A stretch of 64,000 nt of DNA from Nitrospinaceae bacterium (GTDB lineage: Bacteria > Nitrospinota > Nitrospinia > Nitrospinales > Nitrospinaceae): contig OZ250172.1 of the NCBI GenBank assembly GCA_965237905.1, positions 960,001 through 1,024,000 of the forward strand, given 5' to 3'. The position numbers and the translations under genes are program-made. Below are positions 33,030-42,965 of this stretch, piece after piece. How positions within the stretch are numbered: position 1 is the stretch's first letter; each line of letters starts with the position of its first letter. The notes under the pieces are model-generated. The model made no database searches, was not told the DNA's origin, and saw only the letters and a list, made by a program, of their open reading frames with translations.

Positions 33030-36000
33030 CCAATTGCTCAACTGAATCTACGTCGAACCATGAGGGTGCGCTAGCCGCAACCACGCTGGGAAGTTCACCG
33101 GTAATCAAGGTGTCTGTGCCAAAACCACCATTGACGGTTAAGTTATTTATATCAAAAGTCGGATCAATACTTTCAATGACGATGGTGTCGTCCCCGAAGC
33201 CAGCATTAATGACTAAATTGTGGGTAGCAAATGTGATCTCTTCGAAGCTTTTAGTATCACTTCCAATGGTCATCATTCCCGGAGTTTCATGATTCAAAAG
33301 GCGGATATGATCATCCTTAATAAGGAGTTTTCCTGAAAATGTTATCGTATCGGTTGGAGTACCCGAAAGCGTAATGGGTTCCATTCCGGTGAATGTCAAA
33401 AGCATACCGTCAAGAAGCATGGTTCCGGAATCTGGCCCTAAAGCGTCGTAAGCAACCTCGCTATAACTTCCACTAAAAATAATACTGTCAAACCCTCCGT
33501 CACCGCCTGCCACGACTCCGCTGAGACTGCCTGTAGCGGTGAACGTGAACGTATCCTCATTGTCGGCCGCGCCGGTCAGGTTTTCGATGCCGCTGAAGAA
33601 CGTCACTCCGGCCACGTTCCCGGAGTCGGCGCCATCGATCGTCCAGTCGGTATCGGCCGCGGGACCGGACAACGTGTCACTGCCTGCGCCGCCAACAACC
33701 GTTTCAGCCTCTTTGACAGTAAGATCGATAAACACACCGGAAATTGTGGCGCTGTAATCCAACACATCCGATCCGGCGTTACCGAAAATTGTGCCCGCAA
33801 TATCCGCTCCCTCACTAAACGTGAAGCTGTCGGCATCGGCACCGCCCTGCAGATTCTCAATGCCGGAGAAACTGGTGCCGCCCATCGTACCGGAGTTGAG
33901 GCCCGTGATGTTCCAGCTATTCGCCGTATCGGCACCGGCTAACGTGTCACTGCCACCGCCACCTGTTACTGAGTCCACCGCACTACCGGTACTGAACGTA
34001 AAACTGTCGGCACCTGCGCCGCCACCCAGATTCTCGATGCTGGAGAAACTCACGCCACCCACGGTACCTGTGCTCACTCCCGTGATGTTCCAGGCATTCG
34101 CACCATCGGCACCGGTTAAGGTATCGTTACCGCTGCCACCGATCACGTTGACGATATTGGCTACCGTACCGGTCACACCCGTTGCTGTATTCGTATTCAG
34201 ATCGACGTTGATGCCGGTGGTGTTCGCTGAATGATCGAGCCGGGAGGTGCCCGCGCCGGTGATCGATCCGGTGACCGCCGCGCCGTCCGCAAACACGTAA
34301 GTGTTGGTCGTATTTCCGCCGACGAGGTGTTCAACACCGGTAAATATTTCGCTGTTAAGGGTCCCGGCATCCAGCCCGGTGATATTCCAGATATTGTCGA
34401 TGTCCTCCGCCAGTAGGGTATCGATACCCAGGCCGCCGATAATACTGTCCACACCTGCTTCGCCGATCAGCGTGTCGTCACCCCCGCCGCCGGAAAGCGC
34501 GTCATTGCTGGCCCCACCAATCAGCAGGTTGGCCCCGCCATCACCGGTCAAGATGTCCGCACCTGCGCTACCGGTCACGTCCTCGAAGCCACCAATCCCG
34601 CCCGTGCCGCTTGCGGTTCCAACAGACAGATCCACCGAAACACCCGTCAGCCAAGCACTGTAATCCAGCGTATCACTACCGAGCCCGGCAGAAATCACGC
34701 CACCGATACCCGCACCTTCGGCAAATGCAAAAAGATCGCTCAACACGCCGCCTGTAAGGTTTTCAATTTCACTGAATGCGATGCCTGCAAGATCACCTGC
34801 ATTCGCTCCGGTAATGCTCCAGGTATTTGCGCTGTCGGAACCGATCAGCGTGTCACTGCCTACACCGCCACCCGCCACCGAATCCACCGAACTCAGAGCA
34901 GCGAACGTAAAACTGTCGGCACCCGTGCCGCCTGCGAGATTCTCGATGTTGGAGAAACTAGTGCTGCCAACCGTACCCGTATTGACACCCGTGATGCTCC
35001 AGGCATTGGCACTGTCGGCACCGGTCAAGGTGTCGTTACCCGCACCACCGATGACGCTCACGACATTGGCTACCGTACCCGTCACACCGGTTGCCGTATT
35101 CGTATTGAGATTGACACTGATGCCGGTGGTGTTTGCAGAATGATCGAGCACGTTGCTGCCGCCGGTGATGTTACCGGCAATCGATGCGCCGTCTTCAAAG
35201 GTGTAGGTATTGGTTCCGGTACCACCCACAATGTTCTCGGAACCGGCGATGTTGCTCACCGTATCAACGCCGTCAGAAACACTCAGTGTCCCGTCAGCTT
35301 GCACCGTGATATTTAAGTTGGAGGTGATGTTGGAGAAGTCGAGTGTATCCGTGCCGGCGCCCGTGTCGAGCAACACTGCACTCAACGCACCGACGATCGT
35401 ATCGTTACCCGCTCCGGTAACGACATCCTCAATATCAGAGATCGTACCCGCATAACTCGCCGTGCCGGCACTGAGATTAACCGTCACACCCGTCGTGTCT
35501 GAGGATAGATCAAGCGTGTCACTACCATCGCCACCGGTTACTGAATCCACTGAACTTAAAGCAGCGAACGTAAAACTGTCGGCTCCCGTGCCGCCTGCGA
35601 GATTCTCGATACCACTGAAACTGACTCCACTCACACTGCCCGCATTGACGCCCGTGATGTTCCACGCATTGGCACTGTCGGCACCGGTTAACGTGTCGGA
35701 GCCTGTGCCGCCAATCACGTTGACGATATTGGAAACCGTACCGGTCACGCCCGTTGCCGTATTCGTATTGAGGTTGACACTGATACCGGTGGTGTTGGCG
35801 GAATAATCGAGCACATTACTGCCACCGGTGATATTACCGGTGATGGAGGCGCCGTCTTCGAAGATATACGTATTCGTCCCCGTACCACCGACGATGTTCT
35901 CAGCACCGGCGATGTTGTTGACGGTATCCACACCATCGGTCACGCTGGTCGTACCATCAACATGCACCGTGATATTTAAATTGGAAGCAACATTCGAGAA

Positions 36001-38040
36001 GTCGAGCGTATCCGTGCCGGCACCCGTATCCAACAACACCGCGCTCAACGTACCGATGATGGTATCGTTACCCGCACCGGTCACCACATTTTCGATATCA
36101 GAGATCGTACCCGCATAACTGGCCGTGCCGGTACTGAGATCCACCGTCACACCCGTCGTGTCTGAGGACAGATCGAGGGTGTCACTGCCACCGCCACCCG
36201 CTACGGAGTCCACCGAACTCAGGGCGGCGAACGTAAAACTATCACTGTCTGTGCCGCCTGCGAGATTTTCGATACCACTGAAACTGACTCCACTCACACT
36301 GCCCGCATTGACGCCCGTGATGTTCCAGGTATTCGCTGTATCCGCACCCGTCAGGGTGTCGTTGCCCGTGCCGCCGATGACGTTCACCACGCTGGAAGCA
36401 CCACCCGTGCCCGTCGCGGTATTGGTATTTAGATTGATGGAGACATTCGTCGTGTAGGCTGAGTAGTTCAGAATGTTACTGCCGCCGGTGATGTTACCGG
36501 CGATCGATGCGCCATCTTCGAAGGTGTAGGTGTTCGTACCGGTACCGCCGACGATGTTCTCGGCACCGGCGATGTTATTAACCGAATCCACGCCATCGGT
36601 CACGCTCAGCGTCCCACCCGCATGCACTGTGATATTTAAATTGGAAGCAACATTCGAGAAGTCGAGCGTATCCGTGCCGGCGCCCGTGTCGAGCAACACT
36701 GCACTCAACGCACCGACGATCGTATCGTTACCCGCACCGGTGACAACATCCTCGATACCCGAGATCGCACCGGCATAACTCGCCGTGCCGAGACTCAGAT
36801 CCACCGTCACACCGGCCGTGTCGGAGGACAGATCGAGGGTATCCGATCCGGCATTGCCCGCTACGGAATCCACCGAACTCAGGGCGGCGAACGTGAAACT
36901 GTCGGCATCGATACCACCCGCGAGATTCTCGATACCACTGAAACTGACTCCACTCACACTGCCCGCATTGACGCCCGTGATGTTCCAGGTATTCGCTGTA
37001 TCCGCACCCGTCAGGGTGTCGTTGCCCGCGCCGCCGATGACGTTGACGATATTGGACACCGTACCCGTTACGCCGGTTGTTGTATTCGTATTGAGATTGA
37101 CACTGATGCCGGTGGTGTTTGCAGAATGATCGAGCACATTACTGCCGCCCGTGATCGACCCATTCAGAACCGCACCGTCTTCAAAGGTATAGGTATTGGT
37201 ACCGGTACCGCCGACCACGTTCTCGGCACCGGCGATGTTACTCACCGTATCGACACCATCGGTCACGCTGGTCGTACCATCCGCAGGCACTGTGATATTT
37301 AAATTGGAGAGAACGTTCGAGAAGTCGAGCGTATCCGTGCCGGCGCCCGTGTCGAGCAACACTGCACTCAACGCACCGACGATCGTATCGTTACCCGCAC
37401 CGGTGACAACATCCTCGATACCCGAGATCGCACCGGCATAACTCGCCGTGCCGAGACTCAGATCCACCGTCACACCCGATGTGTCGGAAGACAAATCGAG
37501 GGTATCCGATCCGGCATTGCCCGCTACGGAATCCACCGAACTCAGGGCGGCGAACGTGAAACTGTCGGCGCCCGTGCCGCCGGCGAGATTCTCGATACCA
37601 GAGAAACTGGTGCTGCCCACCGTACCCGCATTGACACCCGTGATGCTCCAGGCATTCGCCGCATCGGCACCCGTCAACGTGTCATTGCCACTGCCGCCGA
37701 TCACGTTGACAACGCCAGAAGCACCGGAAGTTCCGGAAGTTCCGGTGGCTGCGCCAGTTTGCAGGTCCACATTCACCGCAGTGGTGTAGGCCGAGTAATC
37801 AAGTACATTACTGCCACCGGTGATGGTACCGGCGATCGATGCGCCATCTTCGAAGGTATACGTGTTCGTGCCTGTACCGCCGACGATGTTCTCGGCGCCG
37901 GCGATGTTATTAACCGAATCGACGCCATCGGTCACGCTGGTTGTACCGTCAGCGTGTACCGTAATATTTAAATTGGAGGTGACATTCGAGAAGTCCAGCG
38001 TATCCGTGCCGGCACCCGTGTCGAGTAGAACCGCACTCAA
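33019..38040 (-). CDS. Giant exoprotein, middle segment: ~220-aa Gly/Thr/Asp-rich RTX-like repeats
   Basis: 1673-aa ORF with GGxGxD motifs. It begins mid-repeat (SAVLLDTGAGTDTLDFSN) as the continuation of the upstream ORF after a 2-bp shift, so the listed start is probably not a real start. Confidence 0.85.
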   Translation of the reverse strand: MSAVLLDTGAGTDTLDFSNVTSNLNITVHADGTTSVTDGVDSVNNIAGAENIVGGTGTNTYTFEDGASIAGTITGGSNVLDYSAYTTAVNVDLQTGAATGTSGTSGASGVVNVIGGSGNDTLTGADAANAWSITGVNAGTVGSTSFSGIENLAGGTGADSFTFAALSSVDSVAGNAGSDTLDLSSDTSGVTVDLSLGTASYAGAISGIEDVVTGAGNDTIVGALSAVLLDTGAGTDTLDFSNVLSNLNITVPADGTTSVTDGVDTVSNIAGAENVVGGTGTNTYTFEDGAVLNGSITGGSNVLDHSANTTGISVNLNTNTTTGVTGTVSNIVNVIGGAGNDTLTGADTANTWNITGVNAGSVSGVSFSGIENLAGGIDADSFTFAALSSVDSVAGNAGSDTLDLSSDTAGVTVDLSLGTASYAGAISGIEDVVTGAGNDTIVGALSAVLLDTGAGTDTLDFSNVASNLNITVHAGGTLSVTDGVDSVNNIAGAENIVGGTGTNTYTFEDGASIAGNITGGSNILNYSAYTTNVSINLNTNTATGTGGASSVVNVIGGTGNDTLTGADTANTWNITGVNAGSVSGVSFSGIENLAGGTDSDSFTFAALSSVDSVAGGGGSDTLDLSSDTTGVTVDLSTGTASYAGTISDIENVVTGAGNDTIIGTLSAVLLDTGAGTDTLDFSNVASNLNITVHVDGTTSVTDGVDTVNNIAGAENIVGGTGTNTYIFEDGASITGNITGGSNVLDYSANTTGISVNLNTNTATGVTGTVSNIVNVIGGTGSDTLTGADSANAWNITGVNAGSVSGVSFSGIENLAGGTGADSFTFAALSSVDSVTGGDGSDTLDLSSDTTGVTVNLSAGTASYAGTISDIEDVVTGAGNDTIVGALSAVLLDTGAGTDTLDFSNITSNLNITVQADGTLSVSDGVDTVSNIAGSENIVGGTGTNTYTFEDGASIAGNITGGSNVLDHSANTTGISVNLNTNTATGVTGTVANVVSVIGGAGNDTLTGADSANAWSITGVNTGTVGSTSFSNIENLAGGTGADSFTFAALSSVDSVAGGGVGSDTLIGSDSANTWSITGANAGDLAGIAFSEIENLTGGVLSDLFAFAEGAGIGGVISAGLGSDTLDYSAWLTGVSVDLSVGTASGTGGIGGFEDVTGSAGADILTGDGGANLLIGGASNDALSGGGGDDTLIGEAGVDSIIGGLGIDTLLAEDIDNIWNITGLDAGTLNSEIFTGVEHLVGGNTTNTYVFADGAAVTGSITGAGTSRLDHSANTTGINVDLNTNTATGVTGTVANIVNVIGGSGNDTLTGADGANAWNITGVSTGTVGGVSFSSIENLGGGAGADSFTFSTGSAVDSVTGGGGSDTLAGADTANSWNITGLNSGTMGGTSFSGIENLQGGADADSFTFSEGADIAGTIFGNAGSDVLDYSATISGVFIDLTVKEAETVVGGAGSDTLSGPAADTDWTIDGADSGNVAGVTFFSGIENLTGAADNEDTFTFTATGSLSGVVAGGDGGFDSIIFSGSYSEVAYDALGPDSGTMLLDGMLLTFTGMEPITLSGTPTDTITFSGKLLIKDDHIRLLNHETPGMMTIGSDTKSFEEITFATHNLVINAGFGDDTIVIESIDPTFDINNLTVNGGFGTDTLITGELPSVVAASAPSWFDVDSVEQLDAS

Positions 38041-40150
38041 CGCTCCGATGATCGTGTCGTTACCGGAGAACCGGTGACGACATCCTCGATATCAGAGATC
38101 GCACCGGCATAACTCGCCGTGCCGGTACTGAGATCAACCGTCACACCCGTTGTATCAGAGGACAGGTTAAGCGTATCCGATCCGGCATTGCCCGCTACGG
38201 AATCCACCGAACTTAAAGCAGCGAACGTAAAGCTGTCGGCGCCGGTGCCGCCTGCGAGATTCTCGACACCACTGAAACTTGTGCCGCCCACGCTACCGGA
38301 GTTCAGTCCCGTAACGTTCCAGGTGTTCGCACTGTCGGCACCCGTCAACGTGTCGTTGCCTGCACCACCGATCACGTTGACGATATTGGACACCGTACCC
38401 GTTACGCCGGTTGTTGTATTCGTATTGAGATTGACACTGATGCCGGTGGTGTTCTGGGAATGATCCAGCACATTACTGCCACCGGTGATGTTACCGGCAA
38501 GCGATGCCCCATTCTCGAAGGTGTAGGTGTTGGTGCCTGTACCGCCGACCACGTTCTCGGCGCCGGCGATGTTATTAACCGAATCGACGCCATCGGTCAC
38601 GCTGGTCGTACTATCAGAATGAACCGTGATATCTAAATTGGAAGCAACATTCGAGAAGTCGAGCGTATCCGTGCCGGCACCCGTATCCAACAACACCGCG
38701 CTCAACGCACCGATGATGGTATCGTTACCCGCACCGGTGACTACATTCTCGATATCAGAAATCGTGCCCGCATAACTGGCCGTACCGGCACTGAGATCAA
38801 CCGTCACACCCGTCGTGTCTGAGGATAGATCAAGCGTGTCACTACCATCGCCACCGGTTACTGAATCCACCGAACTTAAAGCGGCGAACGTAAAACTGTC
38901 GGCACCCGTGCCACCCGCAAGATTCTCGATACCAGAGAAACTGGTGCTGCCCACCGTACCCGTATTGACACCCGTGATGCTCCAGGCATTGGCATTGTCC
39001 GCACCCGTCAAGGTGTCGTTACCTGTGCCGCCGATTACGTTCACCACGCTGGAAGCGCCACCCGTGCCCATCGCGGTATTGGTATTTAGATTGATGGAGA
39101 CATTCGTCGTGTAGGCTGAGTAGTTCAGAATGTTACTGCCGCCGGTGATGTTACCGGCGATCGATGCGCCATCTTCGAAGGTATACGTGTTCGTGCCTGT
39201 ACCGCCGATGATGTTCTCGGCACCGGCGATGTTGTTGACGGTATCCACACCATCGGTCACGCTGGTCGTACCATCAACATGCACCGTGATATTTAAATTG
39301 GAAGCAACATTCGAGAAGTCGAGGGTATCCGTGCCGGCACCCGTATCGAGCAGAACCGCACTCAACGCTCCGATGATCGTATCGTTACCCGCACCGGTAA
39401 CAACATCCTCGATACCCGAGATCGCACCGGCATAACTGGCCGTGCCGAGACTCAGATCCACCGTCACACCCGATGTGTCGGAAGACAAATCGAGGGTATC
39501 CGATCCGGCATTGCCCGCTACGGAATCCACCGAACTCAGGGCGGCGAACGTGAAACTGTCGGCGCCCGTGCCGCCTGCGAGATTTTCGACACCACTGAAA
39601 CTGGTGCCGCCCACACTGCCAGTGTTTGTTCCCGTGACGTTCCAGGTGTTCGCACTGTCGGCACCGGTTAACGTGTCGGAGCCTGCACCACCGATCACGT
39701 TCACCACGCTGGAAGCGCCACCCGTGCCCGTCGCGGTATTGGTATTTAGATTGATGGAGACATTCGTCGTGTACGCCGCGTAGCTCAGAACATTACTGCC
39801 GCCGGTAATGGTACCGGTGATGGACGCGCCATCTTCGAAGGTATAGGTATTGGTAGCGGTACCGCCGATGATGTTCTCGGCTCCGGCAATGTTATTAACC
39901 GAATCAACGCCATCGGTCACGCTCAGCGTCCCGGCGGCATGCACCGTGATATTTAAATTGGAGAGAACGTTCGAGAAGTCGAGCGTATCCGTGCCGGCAC
40001 CCGTGTCGAGCAGAACCGCGCTTAACGCACCGATGATCGTGTCGTTCCCGGCGGAACTGATCACATTCTCAATGCTGCTGATGCCACCGGTGCCGGTTGC
40101 GGTACCATTGGAAAGATCGATGGTGACACCGGCAGAGGTTTCACTGTAGT
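34900..40150 (-). repeat. Eight tandem ~660-bp (~220-aa) repeat units
   Basis: LSAVLLDTGAGTDTLDFSN recurs at about 40020, 39360, 38700, 38040, 37370, 36710, 36050 and 35385. Confidence 0.9.
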
Positions 40151-42476
40151 CGAGGGTGTCTGATCCTGCGCCGCCGGTGAGCGTGCCACTGATGGAACCC
40201 AGCGCTTCGAGGATGAAGTCGTCGGCATCACTGCCGCCCTCGATGTTCTCAATCCCGCTGAAGTCGCGGTCGTTCAGTTTGCCGCTGTTACTGCCCTTGA
40301 TGCGCCAGGTATTCTGTTGGTTGGCTCCCCGTACCCGGTCCAGTCCCGGACCGCCGGTAAAATGTCCCGAGATGAAGCCCGCGACCGCGAACAGAAACTC
40401 GTCTTCGTTCGTTCCCCCCACCAGACTTTCGATATCGTAAAACGGCAGAGCGTTCAATGTACCGCTGTCACCCGCGTCCACCGTCCACGTATTGAGTCCG
40501 TCCGCGCCAAACAGCTCATCGAACCCAAGACCGCCTGACAATGTTCCGGTCAAACCGCCGCCTACTTGCACCACAAACGTGTCGGCAACCGAACCGCCTT
40601 CCAGATTCTCAATGTCGCTAAAATCCGTGCTGCCCACCGAACCCGTATCGAGACCGGAGAGTGTCCATACATTCGAGGCATCCAAACCGCGCAGGGTGTC
40701 CGCACCCGAGCTGCCCGTCACCTTGTTGATACCGGTGAAGTTGCTCAGTCCCGTGGCTGAGCCGGTTTCCAGGTTGACCGCAACCCCCGCCACCTGCGAC
40801 GAGTAATCCAGGGTATTGATGCCGCCCGCGCCGTCGATGGTGCCGCTGATACTGCCGCCATTCAGGAAGCGGAACAGGTCATCTCCGGCACCGCCGGTGA
40901 GGTTTTCGATATCCACAAACACCAGCGTGTTCAGCGTTCCCTGATCGGCTCCGGTAATCTCCCACACATTGTCGCTGTCGGAGGCGATCAGCGTGTCATT
41001 GCCCGCACCGCCCGAGATCGATCCGGTCAATCCACCGGTCAGAGTCAGCTGGAAGGTGTCATCGAGGGCACCGCCTTCAAGGTGTTCCATTCCGGTGAAC
41101 GTCGTACCGCTCACATTACCGGCACCTGATCCGTCAATGATCCACGTGTTCGTGCTGTCCGCACCTGTCAGGGTATCCGTACCCAGACCACCGGTAACAC
41201 TCTCAATGCCACTAAATCCAGCCGTATCCGAGGCCGCAGCCGTTCCCAGGTTGACGTTCACACCCGTCGTTCTTGTGCTGTAGTCTAATGTGTCTGTGCC
41301 ACCGCCGCCGGTTACCGTACCAATCGACGCACCATCGGCTAACGCGAAGGTGTCATCAAGCGCACCGCCTTCCAGATTTTCCAAACCACTGAAAGAAACG
41401 CCACCGACCACACCGGTATGGGTTCCGGTGAGATTCCATATGTTCGCGTCATCCGCACCCGTCAGGGTATCCGTACCCAGTCCACCGGTAATACTTTCAA
41501 TATCCGCAAAGCCGCCGGTATCCGAAGCTGTAGCCGTTCCCAGGTTGACGTTCACGCCGGTCGTGCGCGTAGCGTAATCCAGTTCATCGGCCCCGCCGCC
41601 GCCGGTGACCGTACCGGTAATCCCCGCGCCATCGTCAAAACTGAAGATGTCCGCCGAGTTCCCCCCGATCAGGTTCTCCACTTCACTGAACGCGACGCCA
41701 TCGACATTCCCCTGATTGCCGGCTGAGATCCGCCAGGCGTTGGCCTTATCCGCACCCCGTACCGTGTCACTGCCCAAACCACCTGCCAGAGAATCCGTGC
41801 CACTGCCGCCGAACAACACATCGTGGCCTCCGCCACCGATGAGGACATCATCTCCCGAACCACCGATCAGTGTGTCATGGCCCCCGGCTCCCTCAAGCCT
41901 CACATTACCGCTGAACCCTGACGCATCCAGGATGTTATCCCCTGCACCACCGGTCAGACGCGCCGCATCGAATCCCGATACCGTATAACCCAGACCGTTC
42001 ACCGTCAGCTGGGTACTCGTCAGGTTCATATCGCTGTCCGATAACACCGACAGCGTATCCGTGCCCAATCCCGTAAAGTTGATGTTTTTGCCACCCAGCA
42101 GTGTCGCCCAATCCAGGCCCAGCGTGTCGTCTCCGGCACTGCCGTCGATATCAATCACACCATCGCCGCCATCGACGGTACCGGCCGTGATCTGACTGAC
42201 CACATTGCTGAGGTCGTCGATCAGTTGGTATTCGCTGGCAAGGGAATCATATTGCAGGGTGAGATCGGTCGCGGCGCCGAACGATAAATCCGCCGCCAAC
42301 AGAACGCGCGGTTCCAGAGTTTCCAATACATGTTGGTTGGCGGGAGGCTTGCGATAACCGCCGGTGGTCCCCTTGGAGGAACGGCGGATAAAAGGAAGTT
42401 TGCTTAAAAAAGAAGGAACGTAGCCTTCAGCGGCAGGTGGTGTGCGGGTGTCAAATTGCGCGAACGGATAGGCCAC
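38037..42476 (-). CDS. Giant exoprotein, N-terminal segment with LEPR-XLL motif and RTX-like repeats
   Basis: LETLEPRVLLAAD near the N-terminus; many GGxGxD repeats; GTG start preceded by GGGGGA; the last residues (SPVTTRSSER) are out-of-frame repeat sequence. Confidence 0.88.
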   Translation of the reverse strand: MAYPFAQFDTRTPPAAEGYVPSFLSKLPFIRRSSKGTTGGYRKPPANQHVLETLEPRVLLAADLSFGAATDLTLQYDSLASEYQLIDDLSNVVSQITAGTVDGGDGVIDIDGSAGDDTLGLDWATLLGGKNINFTGLGTDTLSVLSDSDMNLTSTQLTVNGLGYTVSGFDAARLTGGAGDNILDASGFSGNVRLEGAGGHDTLIGGSGDDVLIGGGGHDVLFGGSGTDSLAGGLGSDTVRGADKANAWRISAGNQGNVDGVAFSEVENLIGGNSADIFSFDDGAGITGTVTGGGGADELDYATRTTGVNVNLGTATASDTGGFADIESITGGLGTDTLTGADDANIWNLTGTHTGVVGGVSFSGLENLEGGALDDTFALADGASIGTVTGGGGTDTLDYSTRTTGVNVNLGTAAASDTAGFSGIESVTGGLGTDTLTGADSTNTWIIDGSGAGNVSGTTFTGMEHLEGGALDDTFQLTLTGGLTGSISGGAGNDTLIASDSDNVWEITGADQGTLNTLVFVDIENLTGGAGDDLFRFLNGGSISGTIDGAGGINTLDYSSQVAGVAVNLETGSATGLSNFTGINKVTGSSGADTLRGLDASNVWTLSGLDTGSVGSTDFSDIENLEGGSVADTFVVQVGGGLTGTLSGGLGFDELFGADGLNTWTVDAGDSGTLNALPFYDIESLVGGTNEDEFLFAVAGFISGHFTGGPGLDRVRGANQQNTWRIKGSNSGKLNDRDFSGIENIEGGSDADDFILEALGSISGTLTGGAGSDTLDYSETSAGVTIDLSNGTATGTGGISSIENVISSAGNDTIIGALSAVLLDTGAGTDTLDFSNVLSNLNITVHAAGTLSVTDGVDSVNNIAGAENIIGGTATNTYTFEDGASITGTITGGSNVLSYAAYTTNVSINLNTNTATGTGGASSVVNVIGGAGSDTLTGADSANTWNVTGTNTGSVGGTSFSGVENLAGGTGADSFTFAALSSVDSVAGNAGSDTLDLSSDTSGVTVDLSLGTASYAGAISGIEDVVTGAGNDTIIGALSAVLLDTGAGTDTLDFSNVASNLNITVHVDGTTSVTDGVDTVNNIAGAENIIGGTGTNTYTFEDGASIAGNITGGSNILNYSAYTTNVSINLNTNTAMGTGGASSVVNVIGGTGNDTLTGADNANAWSITGVNTGTVGSTSFSGIENLAGGTGADSFTFAALSSVDSVTGGDGSDTLDLSSDTTGVTVDLSAGTASYAGTISDIENVVTGAGNDTIIGALSAVLLDTGAGTDTLDFSNVASNLDITVHSDSTTSVTDGVDSVNNIAGAENVVGGTGTNTYTFENGASLAGNITGGSNVLDHSQNTTGISVNLNTNTTTGVTGTVSNIVNVIGGAGNDTLTGADSANTWNVTGLNSGSVGGTSFSGVENLAGGTGADSFTFAALSSVDSVAGNAGSDTLNLSSDTTGVTVDLSTGTASYAGAISDIEDVVTGSPVTTRSSER

Positions 42477-42598
42477 TTATTTCCCCCATGGATACAAGAT
42501 AGTTTTACAGCCTTTACTGTCTTGGCAACCGTAAAGAAAAAAATTTCAAATCATATTGGAGAAGTCATAATTATCGAGAATTAGTAATGATGAAAGTG

Positions 42599-42627
42599 AA
42601 TTTAGGCGTACGCACAAACTTTGTCAA
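42599..42627 (-). promoter_or_regulatory. Sigma70-type promoter candidate for the giant gene
   Basis: Minus strand TTGACA-N17-TAAATT, about 120 nt upstream of the GTG. Confidence 0.55.
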
Positions 42628-42885
42628 TATTTTAGGTATACCCTCATTAGGCTATAAAAATGCATCGAAAATAAGTTTCGGAATAACTGATTGTTTAATT
42701 GACTACTAATTTTAAAGAGTTACACCCGATTAGACTCTAAAAATATAAATATATTTTTACTTTTTTTGGGCTAGGTGGAGATCAGTGAAAATATACCCAT
42801 TTCTGGCTAACCAAACTTTGTATTTCAAAAATTACATACTTTGACTTAGGCGGAGCATCAATGAACTAACCAAAAGAAACTAACC

Positions 42886-42912
42886 AAAAAAAATCCCCGC
42901 CGAAGCGGGGAT
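42886..42912 (-). terminator. Rho-independent terminator after DUF3467
   Basis: ATCCCCGC-4-nt loop-GCGGGGAT hairpin followed by a T-run on the minus strand. Confidence 0.8.
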
Positions 42913-42965
42913 GACAAAAAACCAATGTCCATCTTTTTTAAAAAAGATGGTTTCGACGGTTCAAT

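Noticed and set aside
33019..38070. The two giant-gene frameshifts (+2 and +1) as mutually compensating
   Set aside because: The outer ORFs share a frame, but that frame stops at 38037 right after the first shift.
34900..40150. CRISPR array or DGR-type repeats
   Set aside because: The repeats are long, in-frame coding units without spacers; no cas or reverse transcriptase gene is seen.
1..42000. Many plus-strand ORFs, up to 822 aa (e.g. 10023-12491, 6633-8405, 17811-19334)
   Set aside because: Antisense shadows of the giant minus-strand gene; no recognisable motifs, and they mirror its repeats.
42480..42600. c-di-GMP riboswitch or ops element in the giant gene leader
   Set aside because: Only a small hairpin near 42505-42537; consensus elements were not found.
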